A stretch of DNA of 60,126 nucleotides, the filler included, from Dirinaria sp. TL-2023a (Eukaryota), in NCBI GenBank assembly GCA_051941275.1. It is 2 parts of 2 records of this genome, joined end to end, with 100 filler letters (N's around TTAATTAATTAA, not from the genome) between each part and the next. Parts side by side here need not be neighbours in the genome. Positions count along the whole stretch, not along the records: positions 30,133 to 60,126 come from JAVEBF010000106.1; 1 more part is not named here. One strand, written 5' to 3'. Below, piece by piece: positions 38,206 to 49,761 of the stretch (its first letter is position 1; every line of letters begins with the position of its first letter). The position numbers were made by a program, and so were the translations under genes. The notes below the pieces were generated by a model, which had not been told where the DNA came from, ran no database searches, and saw only the letters and a list, made by a program, of their open reading frames with translations.

Positions 38206-39083
38206 GATAATGGTGATGATTTCTGAGGCAAGTAAAACTCGTTGATTGATAACGTATGTGAGGCTGGCCGAATAGATCAAAGCATGAGATTGAACTTTGG
38301 CTCAGGGAGCAACGTGGCAGTGGAGCAAGACGAGTAGGGACCACGGCACATGATAAATACGCGCGAGGTCGAGAGACAGTCGGTGCCGGTGATAAGGTAG
38401 TAAGGTATCGAACAGGCCCATGCCGCCATTCAAATCTTGACGAGCCCAGATAGCGGCGAAGATCAATGGCAACCGGAGTCACTGGTTGGTCCATCGCGCG
38501 GATGTTCTCCAAATTCTCGAAGAACAACTTCGGAGATCGGCGTCAAAGATACTAATCCGTGCGGGACTAGTAGTATCCCCCCCCCCTTCTTGGCAATATG
38601 GACAAATCAAAATGTCACGGCTTGCATAGATCATGGGCCAGATCGTGCATAGAATGACCTCAGAAATGCCAATTTTTACTGCAGTAACGATCTGCCGATT
38701 TGACGGTTTTACCGGGACTAGTCAGGGGTCTTCTCGCTTGTTGTTCTATATGTCTTCGACGAGAGATTGTGGAGATAGAGCATATGTAATGCTAGCACTG
38801 ATAAGAAGCTATAGCAGAACGTCCAAAAGCACGGACAAAAAGCGTGACAGACAGAAAGCTTGCCACGAGAGTTCGTACGATTGTCCGTTCAGAGCCTTGT
38901 GACCAGACAGTCACGTGGTGTACAAGTAGTGGCTGTCTTGATTGTGGCCATCGGTTACGCTGAATTAGCAATGATTGCTCACTGGTCCTCGGGTCAAATC
39001 GATGTTCGCCAAAAGACGAGGGAACACAGCGTGCCTTCCGAAGCAAAACCTCGTACTTGCCTTCCCAATGACTTGACTAGTGC

Positions 39084-39151
39084 CGGTTACATTGCCGACA
39101 CCCCGCACCGGAACACGACCAGACGGTCTATGGGTTTCGGCAAGCGTCCCG
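39084..39151. promoter_or_regulatory. Two CGG-N8-CCG putative Zn2Cys6 sites in the permease/P5CDH divergent promoter
   Basis: CGGttacattgCCG at 39084-39097 and CGGcaagcgtcCCG at 39138-39151. Confidence 0.65.
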
Positions 39152-39324
39152 AGGCTCAACCGATCCATATTCCGAATCAAAGTCTGCCACGCGTTGTAGA
39201 GTTTTCTCTCTCATAATGCTCCTCTGATAGCGCGTCAAGATGCTGCTCTCCGCCGATTTTCTTCAGCAGATAAAACCAAAGCACACACTCCGCCGACGTA
39301 CAGCCAGTGTGGAAGGAGGAAGGC

Positions 39325-41129
39325 ATGAAACCGTTCACTGGCCTTTACGCGTCTGCGATTCCGCGCAACGTCCATGTTCAGTCGCCAGTTCGCAACTTCA
39401 GAGCACTTGATGTCCCACGGCGTAGAATTGCAACGGGCGGGCACTTTGTAGTGCCAAAACCATTCAATGAGCCGAATGTAAGCATTCGTCTAGCAAAAAT
39501 GAGTACGGATCGCTTATTCGTATCCAGTTTGATTATGTGAAGGATTCACCGGAGCGACTGAAACTGGTCACGGCACTGAAGGATCTGAGGTCAAGATTAC
39601 CTGTGCAGGTTCCAGCCAGGGGTGGAGTTCCCAAGTCAGAGAAACAGGACAATGCACAGACCGTCTCCATGTCAATGCCTTCCGAACACGGCAGCACTTT
39701 CGCTCAGTACGGCGACGCCTCAGAGAGCGACGTTTCAGCCGCCATTGAATCCGCACTGAGCGCCAGGTCAGCATGGCAGGACATGCCCTTTACCGACCGC
39801 GCCGCCATCTTCCTCCGAGCCGCCGAGTTGGTCTCCGGCAAGTATCGCTACGAGCTCATGGCAGCGACGATGCTTGGTCAGGGCAAAAACGCATGGCAGG
39901 CTGAGATCGATGCCGCGGCGGAGCTGGCGGACTTCTTCCGCTTCAACGTCGGTTTCGCCCAAGAGATCTACGATAAGCAGCCTGCCATCAACTCTCCAGG
40001 GCACCACGGTCGAACCGACTGGCGGCCACTGGAAGGGTTTGTGTACGCAGTCTCGCCCTTCAATTTCACGGCGATCGGTGGCAACCTGATATCTGCTCCT
40101 GCACTGATGGGCAACGTGGTCGTGTGGAAACCATCGGCCATGTCCGTCTATCCCAGTTACTTGGTGCATAAGATCCTGCTCGAGGCCGGGCTTCCGCCAG
40201 GCGTTATTCAGCTGGTCAATGGCGATCCCGAGCTTGTCACGAGGAAGGTGTTTGAGCACAGGGAATTCTCGGCTCTCAACTTCATCGGATCCTCCGACGT
40301 ATTTCGATCACTCTTCGGGAAAATAGCCGAAGGCGTTGTCAGCAAAAAGTATCGCGACTTCCCCAGAATGGTGGGTGAGACGTCCGGGAAGAACTTCCAC
40401 TTGGTTCATCCCTCTGCCGATATCGGAAACGCGGCAAGACATACCATTCGCGCTTCCTTCGAGTACTCAGGGCAGAAATGCTCCGCTTGCTCGAGAATAT
40501 ACATCCCACAGAGTCAGGCGACTGCTTTCCTTGAGGCCATGAAGCATGAACTCCGTGCTGTCAAGGTCGGCCCCCCCGAAGACTTTGAGAACTTTCTTGG
40601 ACCGGTCATCAACCGTGCAGCTTTCGATAAGATCACCAAGGCAATCGACTCTGCCAACCAAGACAAACAACTTGAGAGGGTGATTGGGGGCACATATGAC
40701 GGGAGCAAAGGCCATTTCATCGACCCTACCATTTACGTCTCCAAAACACCCAACCACGAGCTATTTGACCGAGAACTCTTTGGGCCCGTACTCGTAGCAC
40801 ATGTTTATGCCGACACCGAGTTCGACAATGTCCTAGAAGTCATCGACAGGCAAGGGGGTAACTTCGCTCTCACGGGAGCGATATTTGCCAACGACCAGAT
40901 CGCCATCCGCAAGGCCGAGAATCGACTTCGCTGGGCCGCCGGCAACTTTTATGTCAATTGCAAGACAACAGGGGCTGTTATCGGGCAGCAATCCTTCGGG
41001 GGTTCTCGGGCAAGCGGCACCAATGATAAAGCTGGTAGCGTCAATTTGTTGATGCGTTTTACGGCACCAAGGACTTTGAAGGAGGAATACAACAAATTGG
41101 ACGATGTCATGTATCCTAGCAATCTTTGA
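39325..41129 (+). CDS. PUT2: Delta-1-pyrroline-5-carboxylate dehydrogenase (ALDH4 / Put2 / PrnC family)
   Basis: Arg/Ser-rich presequence-like exon 1, intron about 39478-39527. Motifs NEP, ATMLGQGKNAWQAEIDAAAE, RPLEGFVYAVSPFNFTAIG, GETSGKNFH, FEYSGQKCSA and QQSFGGSRASGTNDK. May be a paralogue of the housekeeping gene. Confidence 0.95.
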
Positions 41130-42146
41130 GCGAATATCATCCGTGGTGCTCGGAGAAAAGTAGCCGTCAGTGAGTGGTTTATACAGAAATACCGAGAATA
41201 CCCAGTCATATCTGCTTTAGGAGAAATTGCTTTATCTTAGACCAGGGGGATATAACAAACACTATCGTACTTGTCTATGTTCGGCGTGGTACTTCGAGAC
41301 GTAGCTGACGAAGCTCAGATGCCTTCCCCTTTTTTTTTGTGTCTATTATTGTGAAAGATGAATTGCAGCGTCAAGCGTGCAATGGCTGTGACATGTCGAG
41401 AAAATGCATCGCTGCAAAGCGATTGCAAATTGAAAGCTCATTGCTTCAAGAAGTCGGACTGAATGATTGACCGAATGTTGCTACTAAAGTATTCGTGCAT
41501 CTCTAAACATCAACCTTGACGAGTATTCTAAACCCCCCCGGATCATCTTCGAGCGCTTGAGAAACGATCGCTATGAGACAATGTCCTACGTGGATCAAGA
41601 CGAAGGACCGAGTCGTGCTAATGCCGAATCTTGAATCGGCGCGCCTTCCAGTTCAAGGAGCAACACACAACCGCAAAGACTCGTAAGGAGACCCCGTAGA
41701 AACTTCACCGTCAACGCTGCGATCCAGGAGGGAAGGAACTCGGAAAAGACGAGGCCACTCGGACTTCGAAGCAAGGAGGAGCTTTCAAGCCTGACGTGAT
41801 GCAAAGTCTGTGTCCAAGCAGATTGTCAAGTACCGCCGTCCTATTCTTCGTAGCCAACGAGCACATCTCAGCTCAAAGCATTCACCTTTGTAGAAGATAT
41901 TTCTCGAATGCATTTGCAGCACACAATTTACAGTAGTCATACCTTATACAAGGCTGAGCAGTTATGACTTAGGACTGATGGCCGCGCGCTAAGCCGCTAA
42001 TAGAATTCATCTTGTCCCGAGGTTATGCCGGAAACGCGACCAGCACGTATCTTACGTAAGATTACCCGATCAGGTGACATCAACACAGACACAAAGTCCT
42101 TCCAGATGTATCTTACCTTAGCTAAGGCAGGCGAGGACTCCTTAGC

Positions 42147-42163
42147 TTTCGGCAAGCTTCCCG
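42147..42163. promoter_or_regulatory. CGG-N8-CCG site upstream of P5C reductase
   Basis: TTTCGGCAAGCTTCCCG, 16/17 identical to TTTCGGCAAGCGTCCCG at 39135-39151. Confidence 0.7.
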
Positions 42164-42302
42164 GTGATACATACAGTACCTTAAGGTAGTAGTGGTGGCG
42201 GTCTCAATTTCGAATTCGTCTCAATAATAATAATGAGCAGGAACTTGTCCATACCCAACTACAGCCTCCTCGTGTTGGCAGCATAAATCAGTCTTTGGTC
42301 AG

Positions 42303-43222
42303 ATGGAGTGTCCGTGGCAGAAAATTCATATCGCTGTCCTGGGATGCGGTGAAGATCCTGTGCAAATCGACATAGGCAAGGCGCTGATGTTGGCCCAGGT
42401 TTCATGGGAACCGCCATCCTGAAGGGACTTTTGACGAAGACCAAAAACGGTAGTACACCCTCGGTCGAATACACAGCTTGGGTTCGGTCTCGAACATCAT
42501 TAGAGCGACTTCACAACGCGCTGGACGACGATCGAAATCAGGTCAACTGTGTGGGTGGGGGAGATGTCGTGGAGAGTATCAGGCCGGCAGATATCGTTAT
42601 CCTCGGCGTTCCTCCGGGAGAACTCAATGATGTCTTCGGAACTGTAGGATTGGCTGATGCGCTGCGGGGGAAAGTCATCGTTAGCCTCCTAGCAGGTGTT
42701 TCCTACCAACAGTTGGCGACCGTCTTGCAAGCCGACACGAAGGTCGATTCAGATTATCACGTGTTGCGGGTCATCCCAAGCATCGGGGCGAAGATCAACG
42801 ATTCGGTGACGCTGATCGCAGAGACGGTAAATGCAGGTCAGGAGCAACAGAAGGTTGTGACTTGGATGTTTGAGCAATTGGGCCAACTGCACTGGCTCCC
42901 TGAGTCACTCATGGACACGGCAACTGCTGCCGGGGCAGCATGTAATGCGCTGACCATGGTAGCTGTCGACGCCATAGTCGATGCCAGCGTTGCTGAAGGA
43001 ATGCCACGTTGGGCAGCTATGAAGCTGGCTGCCGCCTCCTTGCGCAGCTCCTCAGGGCTACTGCTGACCGGCGGCATGTCACCAGAATCTCTAAAGGAGT
43101 CTATGTCCGTGCCTAAGGGTATAACCATCAATTCGGTGCTGGAGCTTGAGCGGGGACATGCGCGATCGACTATTTCCGACGCTGTCCGGCACGCTATACA
43201 GTACGCTAGAAAGATGGCCTAA
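42303..43222 (+). CDS. Pyrroline-5-carboxylate reductase-like protein (divergent ProC/Pro3 family)
   Basis: Exon 1 MECPWQKIHIAVLGC spliced to GFMGTAIL gives the Rossmann GxGxxG. Also ADIVILGVPP, VSLLAGV, ESLMDTATA, DASVAEGMPR and PESLKESMSVPKGIT. Confidence 0.88.
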
Positions 43223-43682
43223 GTACCTTATCACTGATATATGAGCTTATACGGTTTGAATACTCCTGACACTTCTGTTATGTATGTTGACGTATTCCCG
43301 CAGCATGGATCGAGATACAGATATGATTTAGACACCGAGTAAGGTTCCCCAAAGCTTACATATTCGCTACTCTTGTCTAGCCGGAGATCATTAGACTACC
43401 CCGCAAGCCTACGATCGAGATGATAAGCCGCCCTCCACCACGGCAGAGCTGGAAAGCTATGCGTAACGGGAATGGCAGCTCTTCATAACTATCTTTGAAG
43501 CGACTCCGTCATTGATCACCCATATTTCCGACAACTGCAAACGGATGAGATTATCTGAGTGCTCATCATGTTGCCTTGCGAGGTGGCCAATAAATATAAT
43601 TGGAAGGTCTCAAAGATAGCCTGTTCGCGTCAGAGATGTCGGAAAATCGCTTCAGCGCTGAGTTCAAGCCTGTAGTAGTATT

Positions 43683-43696
43683 CGGCTTCCTTTCCG
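43683..43696. promoter_or_regulatory. CGG-N8-CCG site upstream of proline dehydrogenase
   Basis: tCGGcttcctttCCGa. Confidence 0.6.
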
Positions 43697-44089
43697 ACAC
43701 ATCTAAGCCGTCATTGGTATTAGCCCTAATACCATGAGAGAGCCAGACGTTTGGGTTAGAAAGCCTTCACGGTAATGAGAATGCCTCAGAATTGGGTTGC
43801 CCGAAAGTCCACAACCATCTTCCTTATCCAAACAATCCATCCCCTTTCTGGGTTACGGGGCTGAGGCCGTAATGCGGGGCTGGATGACCAGCTACCCCTT
43901 TTGACGCAATACAGTGCTGGAACCATCGCCGAGCGCTGTACTGCACCGCTAGCAGCTGTAGGCACGTGTGGCTGTTGCAGCTTCCAGCTAAAAGCTTGCA
44001 TTGAAAACTTCGATGATAAAGTATCATGCTCGGTTGGCAGCTACCCTCGAGTGAATATCTCATATGATATATCGAGCCTTCCCGAACCC

Positions 44090-45641
44090 ATGAAGCATCT
44101 CGTTGCTAAACATTCTCTTGCGACCTCAATGCCTGTCACTCCGCCGGCAAGGTGCCCCCAGTATCTGCAATCCCGCTTTTCATTTCATCTCGCACATTCT
44201 CCTACGAGGTGGCATTCTACGTTTGCAAGAGACTCCTCCAATGATGCATCGTTGACAAAAAAGAGATTTGCAGTCTTTCCAGACCGCTCCGAGTTGAGGG
44301 CAGCAGAGCCTCTAGCATTGGCTCGTCTTCCTACGGCAAGCGTCTTTAGAAGCTTGTTACTCGGTGCTTTCTTTTCGTCATCCCTCCTGTTCACTCCCGG
44401 ATTTGCGTTTTTGAAGAAGATCTCCAACTCCCCCTCGCGCATGCTGAACCCGGACAAGAACCCGATTTTGAGAGCTATCGTCAAGCCACTGGTGTATGAT
44501 CAATTTTGCGCTGGGCGAAACCGGTCGGAAATCCAAGAGAAGATTTCGCAAATTAAGTCTCTGGGCTTTTCGGGGGTCATTCTTTGCTACGGTAAGGAGA
44601 TCCAGATTCAGAAGTACTATCAGCCCGAAGTAGATTGGCTCAGCGAGTCGCACCAAGGCTTTGATCAGGGGCTAGATTTATGGAAACAAGGTAACCTGGA
44701 AACGCTGGATATGATCGGTGATGGGGACTACTTAGGTATCAAGTACGATGCTCCAACGTTCTCTCGAAGGGACCTCACTGATCTCTGTGAGCAGATATAC
44801 TGGAGCCGGGAAGTCAATAACAGATGACCTTCTACGCGGCAACGCTCCACCCAGGGCCTTCGTGGATGCTATGGACGCCATCTTACAGAGAGCGATGGCC
44901 CAGAACTGTAGGATCTGGATCGACGCCGAACAGCAAGTGCTTCAGCATTCCATCGATCGCTGGACGATCGATCTCATGCGCAAGTACAACCGAAGTGGGA
45001 AAGTCGTACTATACAACACTCTCCAGGCCTACCTGAAATCGTCGCGAAAAAAGCTTGAGCAGCAGCTTCAACTCGCTCACGAAGAAGGCTGGACACTGGC
45101 GATCAAGCTTGTTCGGGGAGCCTACATCGAGAACGATGTTCGAGAACGCATACACGACACCAAAGCACAGACGGACGAGTGCTACAACAGCATCGTGCAG
45201 GACCTCCTCAGTGGCAATGTGAAAGGCATTGCGGAGCAAGATTTCCCCAAGATGCAGCTGTTCCTCGCTGGCCACAATCCGATCAGCATCTCGAAGGCAA
45301 GTGATCTGGTACGTGAACTTCAATTGCAGGGCAAGTTGAAAACGCTGCCTGAGTTCGGTCAGCTTCAGGGGATGGCGGATCAGCTTGGCTGCGAATTGTT
45401 GCAACATGGTGAAGACACAGCACGGGTCTTTGCGTCGAAGGGGCTCCCGGTCGCGATCCCGCGAGTGTACAAGTGTTTGACTTGGGGAAGCATACAAGAA
45501 TGCATGCAGTATCTCGTGAGAAGGGCTGTGGAGAACCGTGGCGGCACAGGTGCGATCAAGGATGGTATGCCTGCACTCGCAAGGGAGTTGAGACGAAGAA
45601 CGATCGACGCGTTAATGGGACGGCGCCGAACGTTGGGCTGA
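44090..45641 (+). CDS. PUT1: Proline dehydrogenase family flavoenzyme (Put1/PrnD-like; possible hydroxyproline dehydrogenase)
   Basis: YDQFCAG, GVILCYGKE, IKYTGAG (across an intron at about 44743-44794), IWIDAEQ, NTLQAYLK, KLVRGAY, AGHN, FGQLQGMAD, VYKCLTWG and YLVRRAVEN. The N-terminus resembles a mitochondrial presequence. Confidence 0.93.
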
Positions 45642-45886
45642 TTACTGTTACTACTCTGGCGATCAGGGGGGACTACAATATAGCGCGCTGCAGGACTGCT
45701 TATTTCTTTACACATACTTCGAACCTCCAGATCTACTGCTTGCTCTGTTTTTCCGTTTCGAGGATAATTTACGCACCCGTCCTCTGCGAGGAATCAGCTA
45801 GGCAGGGCTGAGTGCGAGAACACAGAGCATTGGAAATCTCAATCGAGCAAAGTTTTCCTCATCCGCTCCGACATCAGAAGCGGTCT

Positions 45887-45932
45887 CGGGAAGGTCGCCG
45901 AGCCCTCCCTTGAACTATCGGTTGTGCCTCCG
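45887..45932. promoter_or_regulatory. Two CGG-N8-CCG sites upstream of the aldolase
   Basis: tCGGgaaggtcgCCGa at 45887-45900 and tCGGttgtgcctCCGa at 45919-45932. Confidence 0.7.
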
Positions 45933-46065
45933 AGAGGACATCTCTGAAGGCACTGACTAAAGACTGACTAATCCATGCTCTCAGAGACCATTTTACTTCT
46001 ATCGTCATCAAACCTCCGAAGGCAATTTAGAGAACACGGATCAGCGGACGAAATCTGCATTCGCG

Positions 46066-47088
46066 ATGGTCTCAGAGATCGAATCCAACGACAATGCTTC
46101 TGCGAAGCCACAGAAACACAACTACCCAGTCCCAGAGCCAGGCTGTTACGTCCCCGCCGTCACCTTCTTCGACCCAGAAACAGATCAGCTAGAACTCGCA
46201 TCACAGAAAAAATACTACGCGTACCTCGCCAGCACAGGCCTCAAAGGCCTAGTAATCCTAGGCACCAACGCGGAAACCTTCCTCTTAAATCGAGAAGAGC
46301 GCAAAACGCTGCTAGAAGCCGCCCGGCAGGCCGTGCCAACGGGATATCCCATCATAGCGGGTGTAAGCGGGCACTCGACCTCTCAAGCACTGGAATACAT
46401 CTCGGACGCGTACTCCGCAGGCGCCAACTACGTGCTCCTCCTCCCCTGCGCCTACTTCGGGAAACAAACCACGCCCTCAGTCGTAAAGCGGTTCTACGCC
46501 CAAGTAGCAACCCAATCCCCCCTCCCAATCATAATCTACAACTTCCCGGCCGTGTGCAACGGGCTCGATCTCGACTCGGGGATAATCACGGAACTGGCGA
46601 CGCAGCATCCGAACATCGTCGGCGTGAAACTCACCTGCGGGTCCGTGGCCAAGGTCGCGCGGCTGGCGGCCGTGTTTTCGCCCGCGCGCTTCGCTGTCTT
46701 CGGCGGCCAGGCCGATTTCTTGCTCGGCGCCCTCGCGGTCGGTGGGGGCGGCTGCATCGCTGCGTTCGCTAATGTGTTCCCTAATGCCGTGGCGAGAGTG
46801 TTTGAGCTCTGGAGTGAAGGTAGACAGCAAGAGGCGCTTGCGCTGCAGAGGGTTCTTTCCTTGGCGGAAGCGCCGACTAAGGCTGGCATTGCGAGTACTA
46901 AGTATGCGGCTGCTTTGATGACGGCGCCGAGGGCGGGAATTGGGGATGCGGCGCGGTTGCTGAGGCCACGCAGGCCGTATGAGGAGCCGGATGAGGGGGC
47001 GAAGGCGAAGATCGAAGAGACTATGGCTCCGTTGAAGGGGCTTGAGGATGGTGGACTTGCGAAAGGAGAGGTTGTGAATGGTCACTAA
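46066..47088 (+). CDS. DapA/NanA-family class I aldolase (4-hydroxy-2-oxoglutarate aldolase / GaaC-like), intronless
   Basis: GCYVPAVTFF, GLVILGTNAE, EER, PIIAGVSGHST, IIIYNFP (catalytic Tyr) and NIVGVKLTCG (Schiff-base Lys). Confidence 0.92.
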   Translation: MVSEIESNDNASAKPQKHNYPVPEPGCYVPAVTFFDPETDQLELASQKKYYAYLASTGLKGLVILGTNAETFLLNREERKTLLEAARQAVPTGYPIIAGVSGHSTSQALEYISDAYSAGANYVLLLPCAYFGKQTTPSVVKRFYAQVATQSPLPIIIYNFPAVCNGLDLDSGIITELATQHPNIVGVKLTCGSVAKVARLAAVFSPARFAVFGGQADFLLGALAVGGGGCIAAFANVFPNAVARVFELWSEGRQQEALALQRVLSLAEAPTKAGIASTKYAAALMTAPRAGIGDAARLLRPRRPYEEPDEGAKAKIEETMAPLKGLEDGGLAKGEVVNGH

Positions 47089-48517
47089 CTTCGCATATCG
47101 AAAGCATATTTTGAGGGAAATGGGGGATAGATGGTCTTTTTTTTTTTTTTAATAGATCTGATTGGGATCAGATCTTGAACATATATTGAGCAATGACGTG
47201 ATACTCGAGGCCGCCGTAAAAGAAACGTCTCTTGACAAGAGCAAATCCAGCTTTACCTCGAAATTTCTCACTGAATAGTTCAGATCTAAGAGTCTAACAC
47301 GTCTTTCCTTCCTATTTAAGTATTGTAGATTGCGCACAGCATGTGTATATCACACAAAGAAAACATAGCATTTTATAATTAATATATCTAACTCAATCCA
47401 ATCATGCACTCGAAATAAAACTTATCGTCTCCCTTTCGCAAGGTCTTTTTTTGTACCGACTTCTACAGACGGACGATTCTAAACCGCGATTAGAGTGTCA
47501 ATGAGCTGGATATGAATCGAGTCTTGCGTGAATGGTGAAAGTTAACTAAGATGAAAATATGAAGTCGATTTTTGGATCAGTATGATACGAGCTGGGCTGG
47601 CGTGATGTTCGCGATAAATGGGTTGTAGACTCTTGGGGTAGCTGGTAGGGGATATGTTGGCTCGTGGGCATGTGTGTTGCGAGATGTTGGGGTGTTGAAA
47701 TTTTTTGATTTGCTATGTACGCAGTCATCAGGTAAACTTTTTTTTTTGTCTTTTTTTTCTTTTTGGAGAATCTTACTGCAGTTATACTACCCTTGTCAGT
47801 GCCAACAATTCATTTTCATCTATTGAACTAGGTAACCCAATTGGAGTCGCATATCGATCTATTCTTCATACTTCTATGTGTGTGTTTGGTTATTTACATG
47901 GCAACCTTTATGTGCGGAGGTCTATACCCCGATTGGGCCTAGCGCCCTCTCTGCCGGGTATGCCCTATGCCGCTCACTTTCCAACATCATCTATCAATAT
48001 CTTCTGATCTTTGTCTGCCTCAGAATTAAATGGATTCGTTTCTTCCTAGCGAAAGAAAGAAGTTCAAGCCAATAACGCCCTGACGAAAGGACGATGAACT
48101 AAATATTTATTAAAAGTCTCACTGTCAAATTAATAATCCGTTGAGTGATTGAAAGACGCTAGAAAAGAAATATGACTGCAGTCTTGATTCTGAAGCATTG
48201 ATTTGAGGAAGAAGACATTGATAGACGATAGTAGATTTTGGTGAACTGCGCATGAAGAGGAGGGAAGAATTTTGAAATGTCAAGTTTTCGCAACACATGC
48301 ACACGCCAAATTCTAGCCCGCTGGCAGTGTAGCATATGCGCATACTTCCGATCCATATTTTTCGAGTGAAACCGCCTTGCGAGTCGCAAGCCATCACATC
48401 AATCTTACACAATGCGGGATGAGAAGAGTCGGTATTTCCTCGAGCAGGTCGCGACGGCTCTATGAACAGAACAGGAATAAAAGAGCTTTGACATAGAGCA
48501 GTCATTCGACGGTAGGC

Positions 48518-49490
48518 TCAGGTGTTCTGGTCGATACTTGCAGTGCGTGCTCGGTCGAAGTCGTTCATCATATTTGCTCTCATTTTATGGTTGACCGTAG
48601 CCCCTAACCCGAACGCCGGAAGGACCCTGCACATCCTCGCAAGACTTGTGGCTGGCCAGTCCAGCCGCACTTTCCTCAGACGGTCCCTGGCCGGTGTAGG
48701 GCTGTTTCGGTTGTACAAATCCAAGCCAAGCAAATGTAGCGGCGTATTCAGAATCTGGATCAGGGCAGGAGTGGCAAACTGGGCCACCGAACGGCGGCTG
48801 AAATGATCTTCCACGGACTGTGGGAGCATTGACGCCACTTTTGGTGGCAGGTTAAACGACGCGAAAATGGTGAGCGAGTCGCGTAGCGCTAGCAATGCGT
48901 AGCTGGCTGGCGGGAGAGGGCGAGGGGCGATCGTTCCGAACATTTTGGTGAACTGGCTGTCCTTGTACAAAGCCAGATTCAAATTGACGAAACTGATCGC
49001 GCCGAATTTGGCGAGGCCACTGGTCGTTGTGCTTGCCGGCTGATTCTGCGCAGTGGAGCTCATCGTGTCTATGGCGTTCGCAGTAAGATATGTGCTGCTG
49101 TAGAGTAGCATCATGATAGCCGACGGACGAGCAAAGAGGAAATGGTGTGGGCGGAGAAGCAGACTTTGAAGCGAGCTTTTTACTGAGCCCATGAATGAAG
49201 TGCGACCGGAGACTCTTTCAACGACTGCCCTTTAGCATGAATCAGTAAGATTTTTCCGCCTCATATCCTTTCTCGTGAGTCGTGACGGATTGCTCTCAAT
49301 AGAAAGCATACTTATCTATCACTGTGACAATGGGTGCCACCAGGCCGGCTGCTATGGCTGCGCTGCTGGCATCTATCGTCAATCTAGCTCCAACATCTCC
49401 CAAGTACCAACAGCTATCTCGTTCTTTCCCTCTTGTCACATGGCTCGCATACTCAGGAACTTGTATCGAGTTGCCGGAGTCTGCCGCCAT
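48518..49490 (-). CDS. Uncharacterised fungal membrane protein, 2 exons (possible mitochondrial transporter-like)
   Basis: Exon 1 ...DASSAAIAAGLVAPIVTVIDK splices in frame (GT-AG) to AVVERVSG...YSSTYLTANAID...YKDSQF...RDSLTIFASFNLP...TPLHLLGLDLYNR...ARMCRVLPAFGLG. Several amphipathic/hydrophobic helices. Confidence 0.8.
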
Positions 49491-49761
49491 AGAAAGCGTC
49501 AACGTCTTGTTTCCAACGCCTCAATCAAGTGCCATAAAGGAATTGTTTTGGTTCGAACGGCCAAGCATACAACTTCGACGTCGTGACTCGCTTGCTAGGC
49601 GATACAAAGTTGCTCAATGGCCGAGACATGTCTGTCCTCGATAGTTCGGACACTGCCGCAGTACGTTGCCGCGTGGTGCGAGGCTGCGTCAAGAGAAAAG
49701 TTCGAATCTGAAAGGAGAGAAGACCAGTCCCGATACCTTAGGCTTGCAGTGTTGGTGCTTT

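Noticed and set aside
46066..47088. Dihydrodipicolinate synthase (lysine biosynthesis) or recent bacterial transfer
   Set aside because: Fungi use the alpha-aminoadipate pathway; motifs (GTNAE, KLTCG) match fungal GaaC/HOGA-like aldolases; lack of introns alone is not evidence of transfer.
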